Assembly: GCA_951406725.2 (NCBI GenBank)
Contig: OX597816.1
Span: forward strand, 176,762,001 to 176,826,000
Direction: 5' to 3'
Length of the DNA: 64,000 bases
Origin: Octopus vulgaris
Lineage: Eukaryota
In this document: positions 12,027 through 24,690 of the stretch, piece by piece
Layout of the letters: each line of letters opens with the position of its first letter
Position numbering within the stretch: position 1 is the stretch's first letter
Notes under the pieces: model-generated
Databases searched by the model: none
What the model was told of the DNA's origin: nothing
The model's input: the letters and a program-made list of their open reading frames with translations, nothing else
Program-made: the position numbers and the translations under genes

Positions 12027-14600
12027 AGTTAAGTTAATTTTTTGGCTCAAAAAGCAAAAAGCAAGGCCATGTAGGGGGACATGGAGTTATGTACAGGGTG
12101 GTGTTCATGCAAAGAGTTCAGGCCATTTCTGGTCAAGAGAGACTTTGAACCTAGCGGTCGTCGGCATCTTCGCTATCTCGTCCGGCAGCTTATTCCATGG
12201 ATTCGCAACCCGGACGGAGAAAGCCCCTCTCCTTCGATTGAGATGAAATCGTTGCAGATAGAGCCTTTTGGAGTGACCCCACAGCCGACGCTCTGGAGCA
12301 GGAGTGAAGAACAGCTCTTTCGAGAGGTTACACTTTCCGCTTATGATGTTGTGAGCAAGAATGAGATCACCACGGCAGCATCGTTTTTCTAGAGAATAAA
12401 GGCCGAGCGTCTTCAGCCTTTCTTCATAAGACAAATGCTTGAGACCATGAACCATGCGGGTAGCCAGCTTCTGGACTCTTTCGAGATGATGTATGTCTTT
12501 GAGGAGATAAGGAGAAGAGGCTTGAATCCCGTACTTCAATATGGGTCTCACCAGCATGACATAGAGCGGTAGGAATATGGCTGCTGTGAGCATTCCGAAT
12601 TACCGTCAAAGCAAAAACAGAACTCCGCGTGCTTTGTTGGCAGCATGGACGCACTGGGCCAAAGGCGAAAAGGAAGAATCCACCAAGATACCCAGGTCCT
12701 TTACCTGGTCGGTCCTCTCCAGCAGCAGACGATCCGGCTCGAAATCAAGTTGAGTTGCAGGAGAAGAGCCAACAAGCAGATGACAGCATTTTGACACGTT
12801 CAGGCACAGGTCCCATTCGTTAGACCATCTCCAAACTTGGTGGAGGCATCGACGAAGATCATCTGTATCACCGCGAGTAGCGACCAGTTTGACATCATCG
12901 GCAAATAGAAGGGTGTGTTGTGTGAGGTCGTCGGGCAAGTCATTTATAAAGACTAAGAACAATAAGGGCCCAAGCACTGAACCTTGAGGCACACCACTGC
13001 TCGCACTGGAGACATCGGACAGCGAACCATTAACTTGGACTTGGAAGGAGCGATCTGAGAGGAAGGCACCAACCCATCGTACAATATCCGAATGGAAACT
13101 ATATGCTTGAAGCTTGACAAGTAATAGGTGGTGGTTTACCGAATCAAAAGCTTTGGCAAAGTCCAATAAAACGATGTCAACAGCATCACCATCATCCAGT
13201 ATATGCGTCACCAATTCTTCCATTACCAGTAAGTTGGTCAAGCATGATCTCTTCGGCACAAAGCCGTGTTGGGAATCAGAGATAGAGCCTGTGTTTTGGA
13301 GGTGGAGCAACATACTTTTCTTAAGGATGGTTTCGAACATCTTGCTGATTATTGAAGTAAGGGAAACCGGTCAGTAGTTAAGCGGGTCTTCGCGGCTCCC
13401 TTTCTTGAAAATTGGGCAGATTATCTCTGTTCTCCAGTCCGCAGGTATAACACCTGTCGCCAATGACATATTGAATAGAAGTGTTAAAGGTTCGCAGATG
13501 ACCGGAGCCTACGCTTTGATAACTTGTGGGTGTATGCCATCAGGGCCATGACCCTTGTTGACATTGAGGCCTTAAATAATGCGTTCGACTTCGTCCCGCG
13601 TGATGACCAATCTAGGCATTGGAGGTACCGATCTATCAAATGGAGGGGGTTCTTCTTCTTGGGAAGCCCAACGGGAACTGCTTGGTCAGTCAACCAGATT
13701 AAATATGCTTTGAGGGACAACCATAGTTCGTCAACTGAGGACATCATCATCAGGGATCGCCAGTCCAGAAGCGCGGAAGCCTCGGTTAGAAATTCAAGAT
13801 TGATTGCAGAGAAGACTCTATGTGGCAGCGAAGTAGTCGTGGGCATAGAAAAATTTGTGTGCATGACGAACTTCAGGACCGCATGATCACTCTTGGCAAG
13901 AGGGGTGCACACAGATAAGCCTGACACTGATCTTGGATAGTGGGAGAATACCAGATCTAGCATAGATGGCTGTTGCCCAGACCGATGCCTTGTTGGATAT
14001 TCAACATGTTGCGATAGTAAACAATCTTCAGCCACGTCAAGAAGGGCCTGGCCGAACCGGGAAGATGACGTACAAATTGATGCGGGCCAGTCGATCGTGG
14101 GAGCATTGAAATCTCCTAATATCAAAGTCATGAGAAGCTGAAACGAATCTTATCGCTTCGAGTAAATGAGCATCGTCCTGGGGGTTGGCAAGAGGCGGCC
14201 TGTAGACAGCTAACACGGGCAGGCAAAACCTGGATAGGCTCAGCTTGCAATAGACTGCATCGAATTTTGTTGTAGGTTGAGCATTAGTGGGTAGAATACC
14301 GCTGGACGGTTTGTGCTCAGATTTGACATACACAGCAACACCTCCACCTCGCCTTTTTTCTCTGTCACATCTGAAGAGGTCGTAGCCCTGTAGGTGGATT
14401 TCCGAGTCCTTTACTGTTGGAGTCAGCCAAGTCTCGGTGATAGCTATCATATCTGGGGAATCATGCATGGCCAGTGTAAATAATTCGCTGAACTTTGGAA
14501 ATAAGGAGCACGAGTTGGTATGGACGATGCTGAGCTGTGAAGTTTGAGGGGCGGGAATTGGAGTGTCTCTGTGTAAGCCAAGGATGTATCTAAGAGATAA
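12027..14600 (-). mobile_element. CR1-clade LINE (APE endonuclease + RT), frameshifted, with internal deletion
   Basis: IAITETWL, GGGVAVYV, ILGDFNAP, SMLDLVF, SDHAVL (EN); QHGF, DFAKAFDSV, GVPQGSVLGPLLF, LFADDVKL (RT); FSVRVANPWNKLP C-terminus; short (TTAAC)n 3' tail. Confidence 0.93.
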
Positions 14601-15451
14601 AACTAATTTGTGTAGAGTTGAGGATTTCAAAAGTTCGGTTTCTGTACTGGCAGCATCAGTGTAAGTGTGAGAGCCAAGAAGAGTGGTGAGTGTTAGTCAC
14701 TGAGGATTATGATTTGATGGGGGAATAAAATGAGAAAAATATCCTTGATGCGGGAACGGATATGATCAAAGAGTTGGAGGGTAGTAGAGAAAACAGATGT
14801 ATTTAGATAAGTAGACGGTGGAGACTTTGAGCAAGAGTAATTGGAAACCTTTGTTGATGATATCCAGGTGAGTAGGTGCAAGATTTAAAAATACATATGT
14901 GCAGACACTACCTTTCAGAGTGAAGTTTGAGTATTAAGTGTAGTCTGAAAAGCAGTGATGATTTGTCTAAGGTTAGAAAATTTGTTACTCAGAGAGGAAT
15001 GGTATGCGTATTTTGTGTGTTAATAAGAGAGGTTCTAGGTTATATGAAAATCTATATCTTTTAGAAAAGAGGAGGGAAAATTATCCAGCAGATTTACTGT
15101 TATTGTTTGACATTTAAAGAAGTGTTGTAGTTATTTGAGTACTGTGAAAGCACACTAATGATAATTGTAATCCTATGAAGAATTTGGTCTGAATGTTTCT
15201 GAACATAAACTTCACAAGAGGCACCCATTAGCCAGATGATGATAGAAAATGGTAGACTGATGTTGCTGCCCCTCACCTAAACAATGCGATCAGAGAAGAA
15301 AATCCAAAGAAATTGATAAACAGTCTAATGTAGTACAAATTGCAAAAGAGACATAGTGTGTATATGAGGTTGATAGATGTGTATTGGAAAGAATCCTTGA
15401 TGTAGGAGGTGCAATGATTGGATCTGATGAAGGTAGTGGTGTTGGAAATGT

Positions 15452-15685
15452 AAGGCGGCGAGCTGGCAGAAACGTTAGCACGCCGGGCAAAATGCTTAGC
15501 GGTATTTCATCTGCGTTACGTTGTGAGTTCAAATTCCGCCAAGGTCGACTTTGCCTTTCATCCTTTCGGGGTCGATAAATTAAGTACCAGTTGTGCATTG
15601 GGGTCGATGCAATCGACTTAATACCTATGTCTATCCTTGTTTGTCCCCTCTGTGTTTAGCCCCTTGTGGGTAATAAAGAAATAGG
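15452..15685 (+). mobile_element. SINE family B with ~17-bp TSD ggtgttggaaatgtaag
   Basis: Direct repeat on both sides; gagttcaaattccgcc B-box; Meta-like domain. Confidence 0.9.
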
Positions 15686-16394
15686 TGTTGGAAATGTAAG
15701 AGGAGGTGTGGCTGCAGGGATGGGCATAGGGGAAGAATCTAGGAGTGGGTTGAAGTTTGGAGAAGGAAAAGCTGTGGATGAAGAAGCTGCCTAGGTTACA
15801 AACCTGCTTAACTCGAAAACTTGGCAATGAATTGTGTGTCTTTCAATGTTTTTAATCAGCTGATCACTCTTCTCAGGATCTCTCAGTCTTTGGTTGGGCC
15901 TCCAGCATCAGATTTCCTACCACTTCCTGAGAGAACAAAAGTCCATCTTTCTGAAAACACAAATACCTTTTTATTGTATGAATTCGTCCCTCTATTTTTT
16001 TCCAGCTTCCACTTCCCACCCACCCCTTTCCCTTTCACCCTGCATTTCTACCCCCTACATACACTTCACTCCTCTCCACTTCTGCACTTACTTTTACACA
16101 CTAACAAGGCTTTCACATACTCTTCCCTTGGGTCACCTATCCCCTACACATTCACAACTTTCATTTATGCATGCATATACGCACATATTTTTACCTACCA
16201 CCTTGTCTTTTTGGTGTACACACATACATGCACCAACACACTAGCACACACCATCACATGGGCACACACCAGCTCACAGACACAAACCAGCACATACAAC
16301 ATTACACACATACACCAACTGGCATTTATTCCCTACCCACTCCTATTCACCTACCATCATCTATCTTCGACACATACACACACATAGGTGCATT

Positions 16395-16812
16395 TCGTTC
16401 CATTTCATTTCATTTGAGTTTGAGTCCATGCTCAGGCCAAGTCGAAGACTCCACCCTCAGAGTCTGGTGTGGTTGCCAGGTTGTATTGTCTGTTTAATTT
16501 TGACATGTGTAGGAGCGAGTTTGAGTCAGTTTGTGCTCGTTGTGTATATCCTGGGAGATGAGGTTCATCTCTAATGGTGCTTAAGTATCTATCCAGCTGC
16601 AATTTGAATGATTCCACACTGCATCCTGATAGATTTCTGACATGTACCGGAATGGAGTTGAATAGTTGTGCTCCTCGAACCAACAGACTTGATTCTCGCA
16701 GGGTTTGTGCTGCCTGGCCAGCCTTTTTGTTGATTGGTGGTAGCTAGCAGCGTCTTCCGTGGCGCAAGTGAGTGGTAGGTTTTGATACCAAAGTCTGGCA
16801 CCTTTTGCATAT
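16395..16812 (-). mobile_element. CR1/L2-like LINE 3' fragment
   Basis: VRGAQLFNSIPVHVRNLSGCSVESFKLQLDRYLSTIRDEP followed by an (AAATG)n tail. Confidence 0.75.
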
Positions 16813-16884
16813 TCAAATACTCTTTACATTTACACACACCCATGCACATTAATTGGTACCATCTTACATATTTTCTGCCCTTCA

Positions 16885-17257
16885 CTTACATATTCTGGTT
16901 CCCAGCCAATTGTCTTTTCATGTTGGGGATCAGATGATAGTCAGATGGGACCAAATCAGAAAAACAGAGAGGCTGATCAACCAGTTCAAAGCCACAGTCA
17001 TGCACAGCAGTCATTGAAAGCAAGGACTTGTGAGCTGGAGCACTGTTTTGATGAAACCAGACCCTTTTCATCAGTTTTCATGGGCATTTGGTCTTGATAG
17101 CTTTTTGTAACTACCTCAGTGAGTTGGTATAGTACTCTCCATTGATGGTGTGGCCCTTTTGAAGGTAGTCATCATCATCATCATCATCATCATCCTCACT
17201 TGCCTCAACAGAAGAGTAATAATGCATAAACATAAATTTAAACCACCTATCATCCCT

Positions 17258-17288
<31 letters not shown>

Positions 17289-18458
17289 GTTTAACGTCCG
17301 TTCTCCATGCTAGCATGGGTTGGACGGTTCAACTGGGGATCTGGGAAGCCAGAAGGCTGCACCAGGCTCCAGTCTTTTCTGGCAATGTTTCTACAGCTGG
17401 ATGCCCTTCCTAACGCCAACCACTCCGTGAGTGTAGTGGGTGCTTTTTACGTGCCACCTGCACAGGTGCCAGGTGAGGCTGGCAACAGCCACGGTCGGAT
17501 TGGTGTATTTTATGTGCCACCAGCACGGAGGCCAGTCGAGGCGGTGCTGGCATCGGCCACGAGTCGGATAGTGCTTTTTACGTACCACCAGACCAGGGAT
17601 CCTGGCTGGTTCAATTCGATTTCGATTTCGCTTGCCCCAACATGTCTTCGCAAGCAAAGGGGGTTGGCATGGGTGCCCAATAATGAAAATGCCTTGTGCA
17701 TCCCAAAAAATTGAGACCAACACCTTCCCTGCTGATGAAAATACCTTGGCCTTGGAGTAGGTGAGGAGCAGTGTTTCCACTGCATGGATTGTCTGTTTGT
17801 CTCTGGCTGAAAGTGATGAACTCAACATACATTATGGGTTAGAAAATGTTTAAGGAAACCAGCTAGATCTGCCTCAAACAATGTCAGATTTTCCTATATG
17901 ATCAACCTGGTGTGCTTTTGATCAGGTGTCAGATGACGTGGCCCACTCCAAGTAGAAACCTTCGTGATTGCAAGTTCATTATACAGAATATTCTCAACTC
18001 TCATTCAAGATATGCTAATAGAATTGATTATTTGATTTATTATCAATCACCTGTCATCTATGGTGAACACGGTCACTATTTTCCTCATTAGTGGCAATTG
18101 CAGGACATTCAAACCCCGGGTCATCTTCAAAGTTCTCTGTTCCCCTTCTAAATTCAGCTGCCAACTTTTGCACAGTTAATAAAGCTGGGATGTTATCCCT
18201 TAATGCAGTAACCATGTCAGCATGAATATCATTGGGGGCTAAATCCTTTTTCTACAGGTACTTCATAACATTGTGATGTGAAATTTTGTCCATTTTTCAA
18301 GAGAAATCGCTACTAGTTACATTTAAAATCTTCTTTAAACAGTGAAATGTCAGTTTACCCTGAAAGAAACGATGCAGTTATTAAGAAGAGTTGAAGAGTC
18401 ACAGCTCTAGCATCACTCCTTCTTAGTCAGCTTATGAACTTTTCTGCCCACCCTTGTA
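16885..18458 (-). mobile_element. Decayed mariner transposon, interrupted by an RTE 3'-UTR copy
   Basis: SAGKVLVSIFWDAQG, FHQNSAPAHKS, LVPSDYHLIPNMK motifs; TIR-like aacttttctgcccacccttg-ta at 18437-18458. Confidence 0.85.
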
Positions 18459-18681
18459 AAACCAACCGAATCCAAGATTCTAACTAGCATTATAATCCCA
18501 GTTGTTCTAAACAAGCATTTTTTGGTGAAGAGTAAATTGAAATCTCAATGATCTTTTTTCTTTGGCACCTTTTCTTTGACAAACTTTGGCTATATTTAGA
18601 TAGTGTGCCTACTAGTTAGTGGTTGTATGCAAGCCAAGATCAATGGCTACGAGAACCATTGATATACACGACTTGACTTAA

Positions 18682-18988
18682 CCCTTTTGTTACCAAACCG
18701 CCCAAAGCCGCCCGAAAAAAATTTTGGTTACTGTGACCAAATCGCCCAAAGCCGCCCAAATTTACCTATTCATATTTAAATGAGAATATCAGAGCAAATC
18801 TCTTTAGTACATTCGTGAAAACACGTGATTATGCTTCGTAAAAAGTTCATCTACAGTTTTGTACAACGATCGACGTGTAATTTTAATTCTCTGAATTTTG
18901 GGAGATTTTTTTCCACATTTTTTTCGGCATCGATTTAATTGAAACTCTTGAGGGGTGTATTTTGGTCAGAAATATAGTAACGAAAGGG
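18682..18988. mobile_element. TTAA-flanked MITE
   Basis: ttaa|cccttttgttac ... gtaacgaaaggg|ttaa; a related end fragment lies at about 41400-41458. Confidence 0.85.
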
Positions 18989-19146
18989 TTAAGCTACAAA
19001 ATTCAGTGACTGCTTCACCCATCTCTTATGGACACTCAAATGGATCCACTTGCTGGTTTCACATCTCTTTTCTGTTGTTACCAGAACTACCACTGTTCTT
19101 TCATTGTGCACACTTTCATATTACCCAATTAACAAAAACTCACAAG

Positions 19147-19550
19147 CAGGAGTGGCTGTGTGGTAAGTAGCTTGCTAAGCAACCACATGGTTCCGGGTTC
19201 AGTCCCACTGCGTGGCATCTTGGGAAAGTGTCTTCTACTGTAGCCTCGGGCCGACCAATGCTTTGTGAGTGGATTTGGTAGACGGAAACTGAAAGAAGCC
19301 TGTCGTATATATATATATGTGTGTGTGTGTATATGTTTGTGTGTCTGTGTTTGTCTCCCTAGCATTGCTTGATAACCGATGCTGAGGTGTTTATGTCCCC
19401 GTCACTTAGCGGTTCGGCAAAAGAGACCGATAGAATAAGTACTGGGCTTACAAAGAATAAGTCCCGGGGTCGAATTGCTCGACTAAAGGCGGTGCTCCAG
19501 CATGGCTGCAGTCAAATGACTGAAACAAGTAAAAGAGTAAAAGAGTAAGA
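19147..19550 (+). mobile_element. tRNA-derived SINE family C, full copy with internal (TA)n(TG)n
   Basis: Near-identical to 54107-54516(+), 56485-56910(-), 58240-58630(-), 60178-60560(+), 37335-37690(-); (GTAAAAGA)n tail. Confidence 0.92.
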
Positions 19551-19817
19551 GTATACACATCAACATTCTCCACTCTCACTAACTAATGTTACAATACACT
19601 TATACACTTGCATACACTTATACACATACATGCATCAAACTAATACACACATAAAACCACTCCCCATCCCACTTCCAGATGCAGATAGACTCTGCTACAT
19701 GCATGTACATACCCACCTCTTCTTTCTTAACTCTTCCCCATAGGGTACCATTCCCCCCTTTGGTTTCTCATCCTTTGTCTTGCTCCTATATCCTTCCTCT
19801 TTTTTATTCTTTTTCGT

Positions 19818-20080
19818 ACATCATCATCATCATCATCATTGTTCGACCGTGGTCGAGACAATGGAATTTACCATGCTACGCCAGACTTCACGGTCCATCA
19901 TGGCATTACGGAGGTCCTGTTGCTGGATGCCTGTATCCCTGGAGATTACATAAGGGTAGGAGAGTGTGCGCCCTCTGGTATTGCGAGTAGATGGCTTCCA
20001 GAGGAGAAGAGTAGAAATTGCCTCTTTTTCAGCTCTACAACAATGTCCAGCAAACTGGACTCTCCTCCCTTTCATACACT
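19818..20080 (-). mobile_element. RTE-type LINE 3' fragment (second family)
   Basis: RRVQFAGHCCRAEKE..LLWKPS..RGRTLSY..NAMMDREVWR followed by a (GAT)n tail. Confidence 0.8.
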
Positions 20081-20446
20081 CACCATTTCATTTGCTTCTC
20101 TTTTACTTTCTTCTGATGAATGACAAACAGCCAAAGCATTTAAGCACACTATTTCTCCATTGAAGTGTTAGACTGCTGCCACATTTGTCTTTGTTTTTGT
20201 CTTTGCTGTTCTTTTTAATGTTTATAATCTGACCCTCAGACTTCCTGTGGATTCAACCTTGGATCTTCAACTTTGATCTCCAACTTGAATTATCCAGATT
20301 ACAAAGGATTAGCAGGTTGGGCAAAATGCTTAGCAGTATATTGTCTGTCATTGTGTTCTGGGATCAAATTCTGCCAAGGATGACTTTGCCTTTCATTCTT
20401 TTGGGGGTCAATGAAATAAGTACCAGTTGAGGATTAATACATTATT

Positions 20447-20693
20447 TACATTATTTACATTTAATGGATATTTGTCCTCATCTTGTTTGTTGTTAACACA
20501 ATGTTTCGGCTGATATACCCTCCAGCCTTCATCAGGTGTCTTGGGGGAAATTTCGAACCTGGGTTCTCATTCCTAAGGTATTTTTGATGTTGTAGTTGTT
20601 ATTCCATTCACTGCTTGGAATTGAACTTGGAATCTTGGAGTTAGTAGCCCACACTCTTAACCCCAAGATTCCAAGTTCAATTCCAAGCAGTGA

Positions 20694-20744
<51 letters not shown>

Positions 20745-20924
20745 TAACATCAAAAAATACCTTAGGAATGAGAACTCAGGTCTGAAATTTCCCCAAGGCA
20801 CCTGGTGAAGGCTGGAGGGTATATCAGTCGAAACATTGTGTTAACAACAAACAAGATGACAACAAATATCCATCAACTGTAAATAATGTACATAATTCCT
20901 CATCTCTTAAATATAGAACTGTAC
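20447..20924. mobile_element. Inverted dimer of a tRNA-headed, hammerhead-tailed SINE-like element, inserted in a family B SINE
   Basis: Arms about 20447-20640 and 20662-20890 are reverse complements; each has a B-box-like gttcaattcc, an AAT-rich spacer and a CTGATGA...CGAAAC motif (CTGGTGA in the + copy). Confidence 0.8.
20495..20540 (-). ncRNA. Minimal type I hammerhead ribozyme-like motif
   Basis: Minus strand GACAC-CTGATGA-A-GGCTG(gagggtatat)CAGCC-GAAAC-ATT-GTGTT: intact core, 5-bp stems I and II; stem III vestigial. Confidence 0.65.
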
Positions 20925-21529
20925 TAAGATTGATGTAATTGACTTATCACCACCCCCAAATTGCTGGCCTAGTGCCAAAATTTGAAACCAATATAATGGG
21001 GTTACAGTGGCAAATAGTGACTACATATGAATAATATTTGAAAATGACAAGGGACCAGGAGATGTAGTGATTTGCTGTACTTGACAAGATGTTTCAGCTA
21101 AGTAAAATTGCTGTCTTGCACACACAACAGGTTTGTCTTTCAGGTGCCATTTAAAAAGCAACCCATGCTGGTACTGCATTAACACACCCATACCAGTGCT
21201 ATGTAACTGGCAACCAAGCCAGTGATGCTTAAAAAGTATCCAGTACACTGTTAAGTGGTTGGCATTAGGAAGGGCATCCAGCTGTAGAAGCCATGCCACA
21301 ACAGACAGTTGGAGTCTGTCCAGCCTATGCCAGCACGGAGACTGGACATTAAATAATAATGATGATGACATTGTAATCATATTGCTTTATATTGATGTTC
21401 ACTGAATCTTTCTCTAATGTAAACATTATCTATTGCTAAGAAGCCTCAAATTATAGACTTGAGAATCATTTTATATGATAAAGCTGTTTCACAAACTATC
21501 TAATTTTATACTGTTATATTTTTTTCCAG

Positions 21530-21682
21530 AATATAATATGATTAAATCCTATACCCGAATTCCCTTCAAACTCTCGAAGCATCCAGCAAGTCTGGATCAA
21601 ATAAAACTGAAAGGATCAAATGAAAATACACGTAAAAGAGTTCCAAAACCAAAGAATAGCAAAAGTGATAAAGACAAGAACG
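21530..21682 (+). CDS. TTLL3: TTLL3/TTLL8-like coding exon 2
   Basis: tttttccag| acceptor, open frame (E)YNMIKSYTRIPFKLSKHPASLDQIKLKGSNENTRKRVPKPKNSKSDKDKN, donor G|gtaatg; phase 1-1, 153 nt, unique sequence among repeats. Confidence 0.7.
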
Positions 21683-21726
21683 GTAATGATATTTGACAAT
21701 TGAACTTACTCTTATTACCAGCTTAT

Positions 21727-22110
21727 GTGGAGGCGCAATAGCCCAGTGGTTAGGGCAGCGGACTCGCGGTCGTAGGATCGCGGTTTCGATTCCTAGACCG
21801 GGCGTTGTGAGTGTTTATTGAGCGAAAACACCTAAAGCTTCACGAGGCTCCGGCAGGGGGTGGTGGTGATACCTGCTGTACTCTTTCACCACAACTTTCT
21901 CTCACTCTTACTTCCTGTTTCTGTTGTACCTGTATTTCAAAGGGCTGGCCTTGTCACTCTCTGTGTCACGCTGAATATCCCCGAGAACTACGTTAAGGGT
22001 ACACGTGTCTGTGGAGTGCTCAGCCACTTACACGTTAATTTCACGAGCAGGCTGTTCCGTTGATTCAGATCAACCGGAACCCTCGTCGTCGTAACCGACG
22101 GAGTGATTCC
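21727..22110 (+). mobile_element. tRNA-derived SINE family A, 13-bp TSD attaccagcttat
   Basis: Copy of 10366-10758; starts 44 bp after the exon 2 donor. Confidence 0.93.
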
Positions 22111-22179
22111 ATTACCAGCTTATAAAGCAACTGTAAATATGATTAGACTTTGAATGATTTCTGGTAGGCATTGGGCAAA

Positions 22180-22645
22180 ACCACTATACTGCATCATTAC
22201 ATATTTCCTTGTTATGTATGGTTTCCAGTCAGTTCATTCACCAGAAATTTCCCTTATGATTGCATTATTTTCAGGAATTCCATCCTATAGTGTTTTGTCT
22301 AATCCCTTTCAAACCAAGGTCATGTGTTAGAGCATTGTCCTGATGAAACAAGACCCTTTTCATTATTTTTTCCTGGGCATTTGGTCTTAATAGCCTTTTG
22401 TAACTGCCTCAGTGAGTTGGCATAGTACTCTCCATTGTTGGTGTGGCCCTTTTAAAGATAGTCAATAAGCTCAATGCCTTTTGCATCCCCAAAAACTGAG
22501 GCCATCATCTTCTCTGCAGATGAAACGACCTTGGCTTTGGAGCAGATGAAAAGCAGTGTTTCCACTGCATGGATTGTCTGTTTACCTCTGGTTCAAAGTG
22601 ATGAAACCAACATTCTTCCTGGGTTAGGAAATGTTCAAGGAAATC
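22180..22645 (-). mobile_element. Mariner fragment
   Basis: Homologous to 17050-17160 and 17690-17860 (KVVSSAEKMMASVFGDAKG, FHQDNAL). Confidence 0.75.
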
Positions 22646-24690
22646 AGTTCCATTCCCTTTTTACATTCTATTCCCAAATGGACCTTACTTCATGTTTCAT
22701 CTTTTCGGAGATAGGACCTATAGATGCAGGTAATTTAAAGTATAATGGAAGCATTCTAGCCTTATATAAAAAGAATACAGAATTCTGGAAAAAATATCTA
22801 GATCTCAGTAGGCTAAAAAGAAAAAAATTGTATTCTTTTGAAGAAATTGTCCTTTCCTTCAAGTTTATTCAAAAATGGCAAGTCAATATATTGACTCATC
22901 GTTAAGGCAGCAAATTGGCAGAATCATGAGCATACTGGCAAAATGCTTAGCGTCATTAACACCATCTTTACATTCTGCGTTCAAATGCTGCTATGATTGA
23001 CTTTGCCTTTCATCTTTACGGGTTCAATAAAATAAGTACTATTTGATCCCTGGGGTCAATATAAATGATTTATCCCCTCCCCTGGACTTGCTAGTTTTGT
23101 GCCAAAATTTGAAACCAGTATATTGACATATATTCTATATCTCTTGTTTAAAGTCCTTCTTTATTCTCACAAAGTGCAATGTTAGCATACCTCTTATTTC
23201 TAGCTATTAATATATGTCTCTGTTATTTCTTCTTCCAACTCATCCAATTATTTTTTCATCTCTAATTTAGTTAAGTGCTCAATCTTAATGAATCTTGTAG
23301 TATCATCTTATCCTCTCCACTTTCATTACCTATTAATTTAAGACTTTATCACCTTCATAACTTAGACATTTAGTTTGAAACTTGCAATTTCTTTCAGTCT
23401 AATGCATACCTGCTATAACTGTTGTATTAACTGGCTATCAGGGATAATGCCTTACATAATCTCATTAGATTAGTAAGTGGCTAATATAATAATCATCTTG
23501 CAGCAACCATCTTTTTGTAGCCTTACTTACTTTACACCCTATCCATTTTGTCATCACTACATCTAGCACCCCACAACTGTTTCTTGTGGATCCAATGTGA
23601 ATTAACACTCTTTGTCTCTTTGTATATTTTGTTTAGTCTCTCATAGTAATACTTTCATGCACCTTTTTTTTTTATTTATTCACTAAGGGTGTGATTAAAT
23701 TATTTCAAACTAGCATTATGACCCGGCAACGACGGGTCATAGTGCTAATGCATGTATATATGTGTATATATATGTGTACATATTACATGTACATCTATAT
23801 ACATACATCTACACATAAAATACAAAATACAAAGTTATATCTTGATATCGCTAGTGATAACAATACTCAAAATATATAACAGACTCGAATTGTAGGCCTG
23901 TCTCTTCCAATTTCGATCAATTGTATCTTGTCCTCCCTCTTGTATAGAAGTGTGGCTATAATCCAGCCTACCTCTACTTCTGGGGGGAACATTTAAAATT
24001 TTTATCCGGGACGTCCTACGTCCCAGATATAAAGGTAAAAATAAAATATTTCCACTTTGCAAGGTTCGAGTCGAGTACTCCCTTGCACACTCCGTTGACT
24101 CGAACCTTCTATTGTGGCGAATTTACCGCCTCTGGTTAGATATCTTTCATAGGCGCACCAAGACACTTTTCGATGGTGCTTTCCTCCAGGTGTTCAAATC
24201 TTTTTTTCTCTACATTGTATACTTTATAGACCATAGTCTTTTCTTTAATTTAATTTTTTATTTCATTTGGTGGTGTTATCCTAGATTCACCGTCTTTGTC
24301 GGTGATCAATCCGAAATAGGTTTGTATTTCTTCCATTTTAATTTTAATGAGTTCGCGCCCGCTGACGACTGCAGCCAAATTAATTTTTTGGACACTCTTC
24401 TATCAAAGGCATTCTAACAAAAATGCTTCCATAAAGACGGTGAAAATATTGTCAATTTCCCCAAACAGGGACACAATTCAATTTTTAAACAATAACCAAA
24501 GCTCACTTCTCCCAAAGGGGGAGGGTTACAGTTTACAATTATTTAACAAATGCAACACAACAACGTTTCTCTTACGAGGAACCAACAAACGTGATAACAA
24601 TAGTTAAACAGTAATAATAATAATAACAAACCTTATGGTGAATCAAAAAGCAGTACACAGTTGAAGCTATAGTCCTTTATGTATAAGAAA

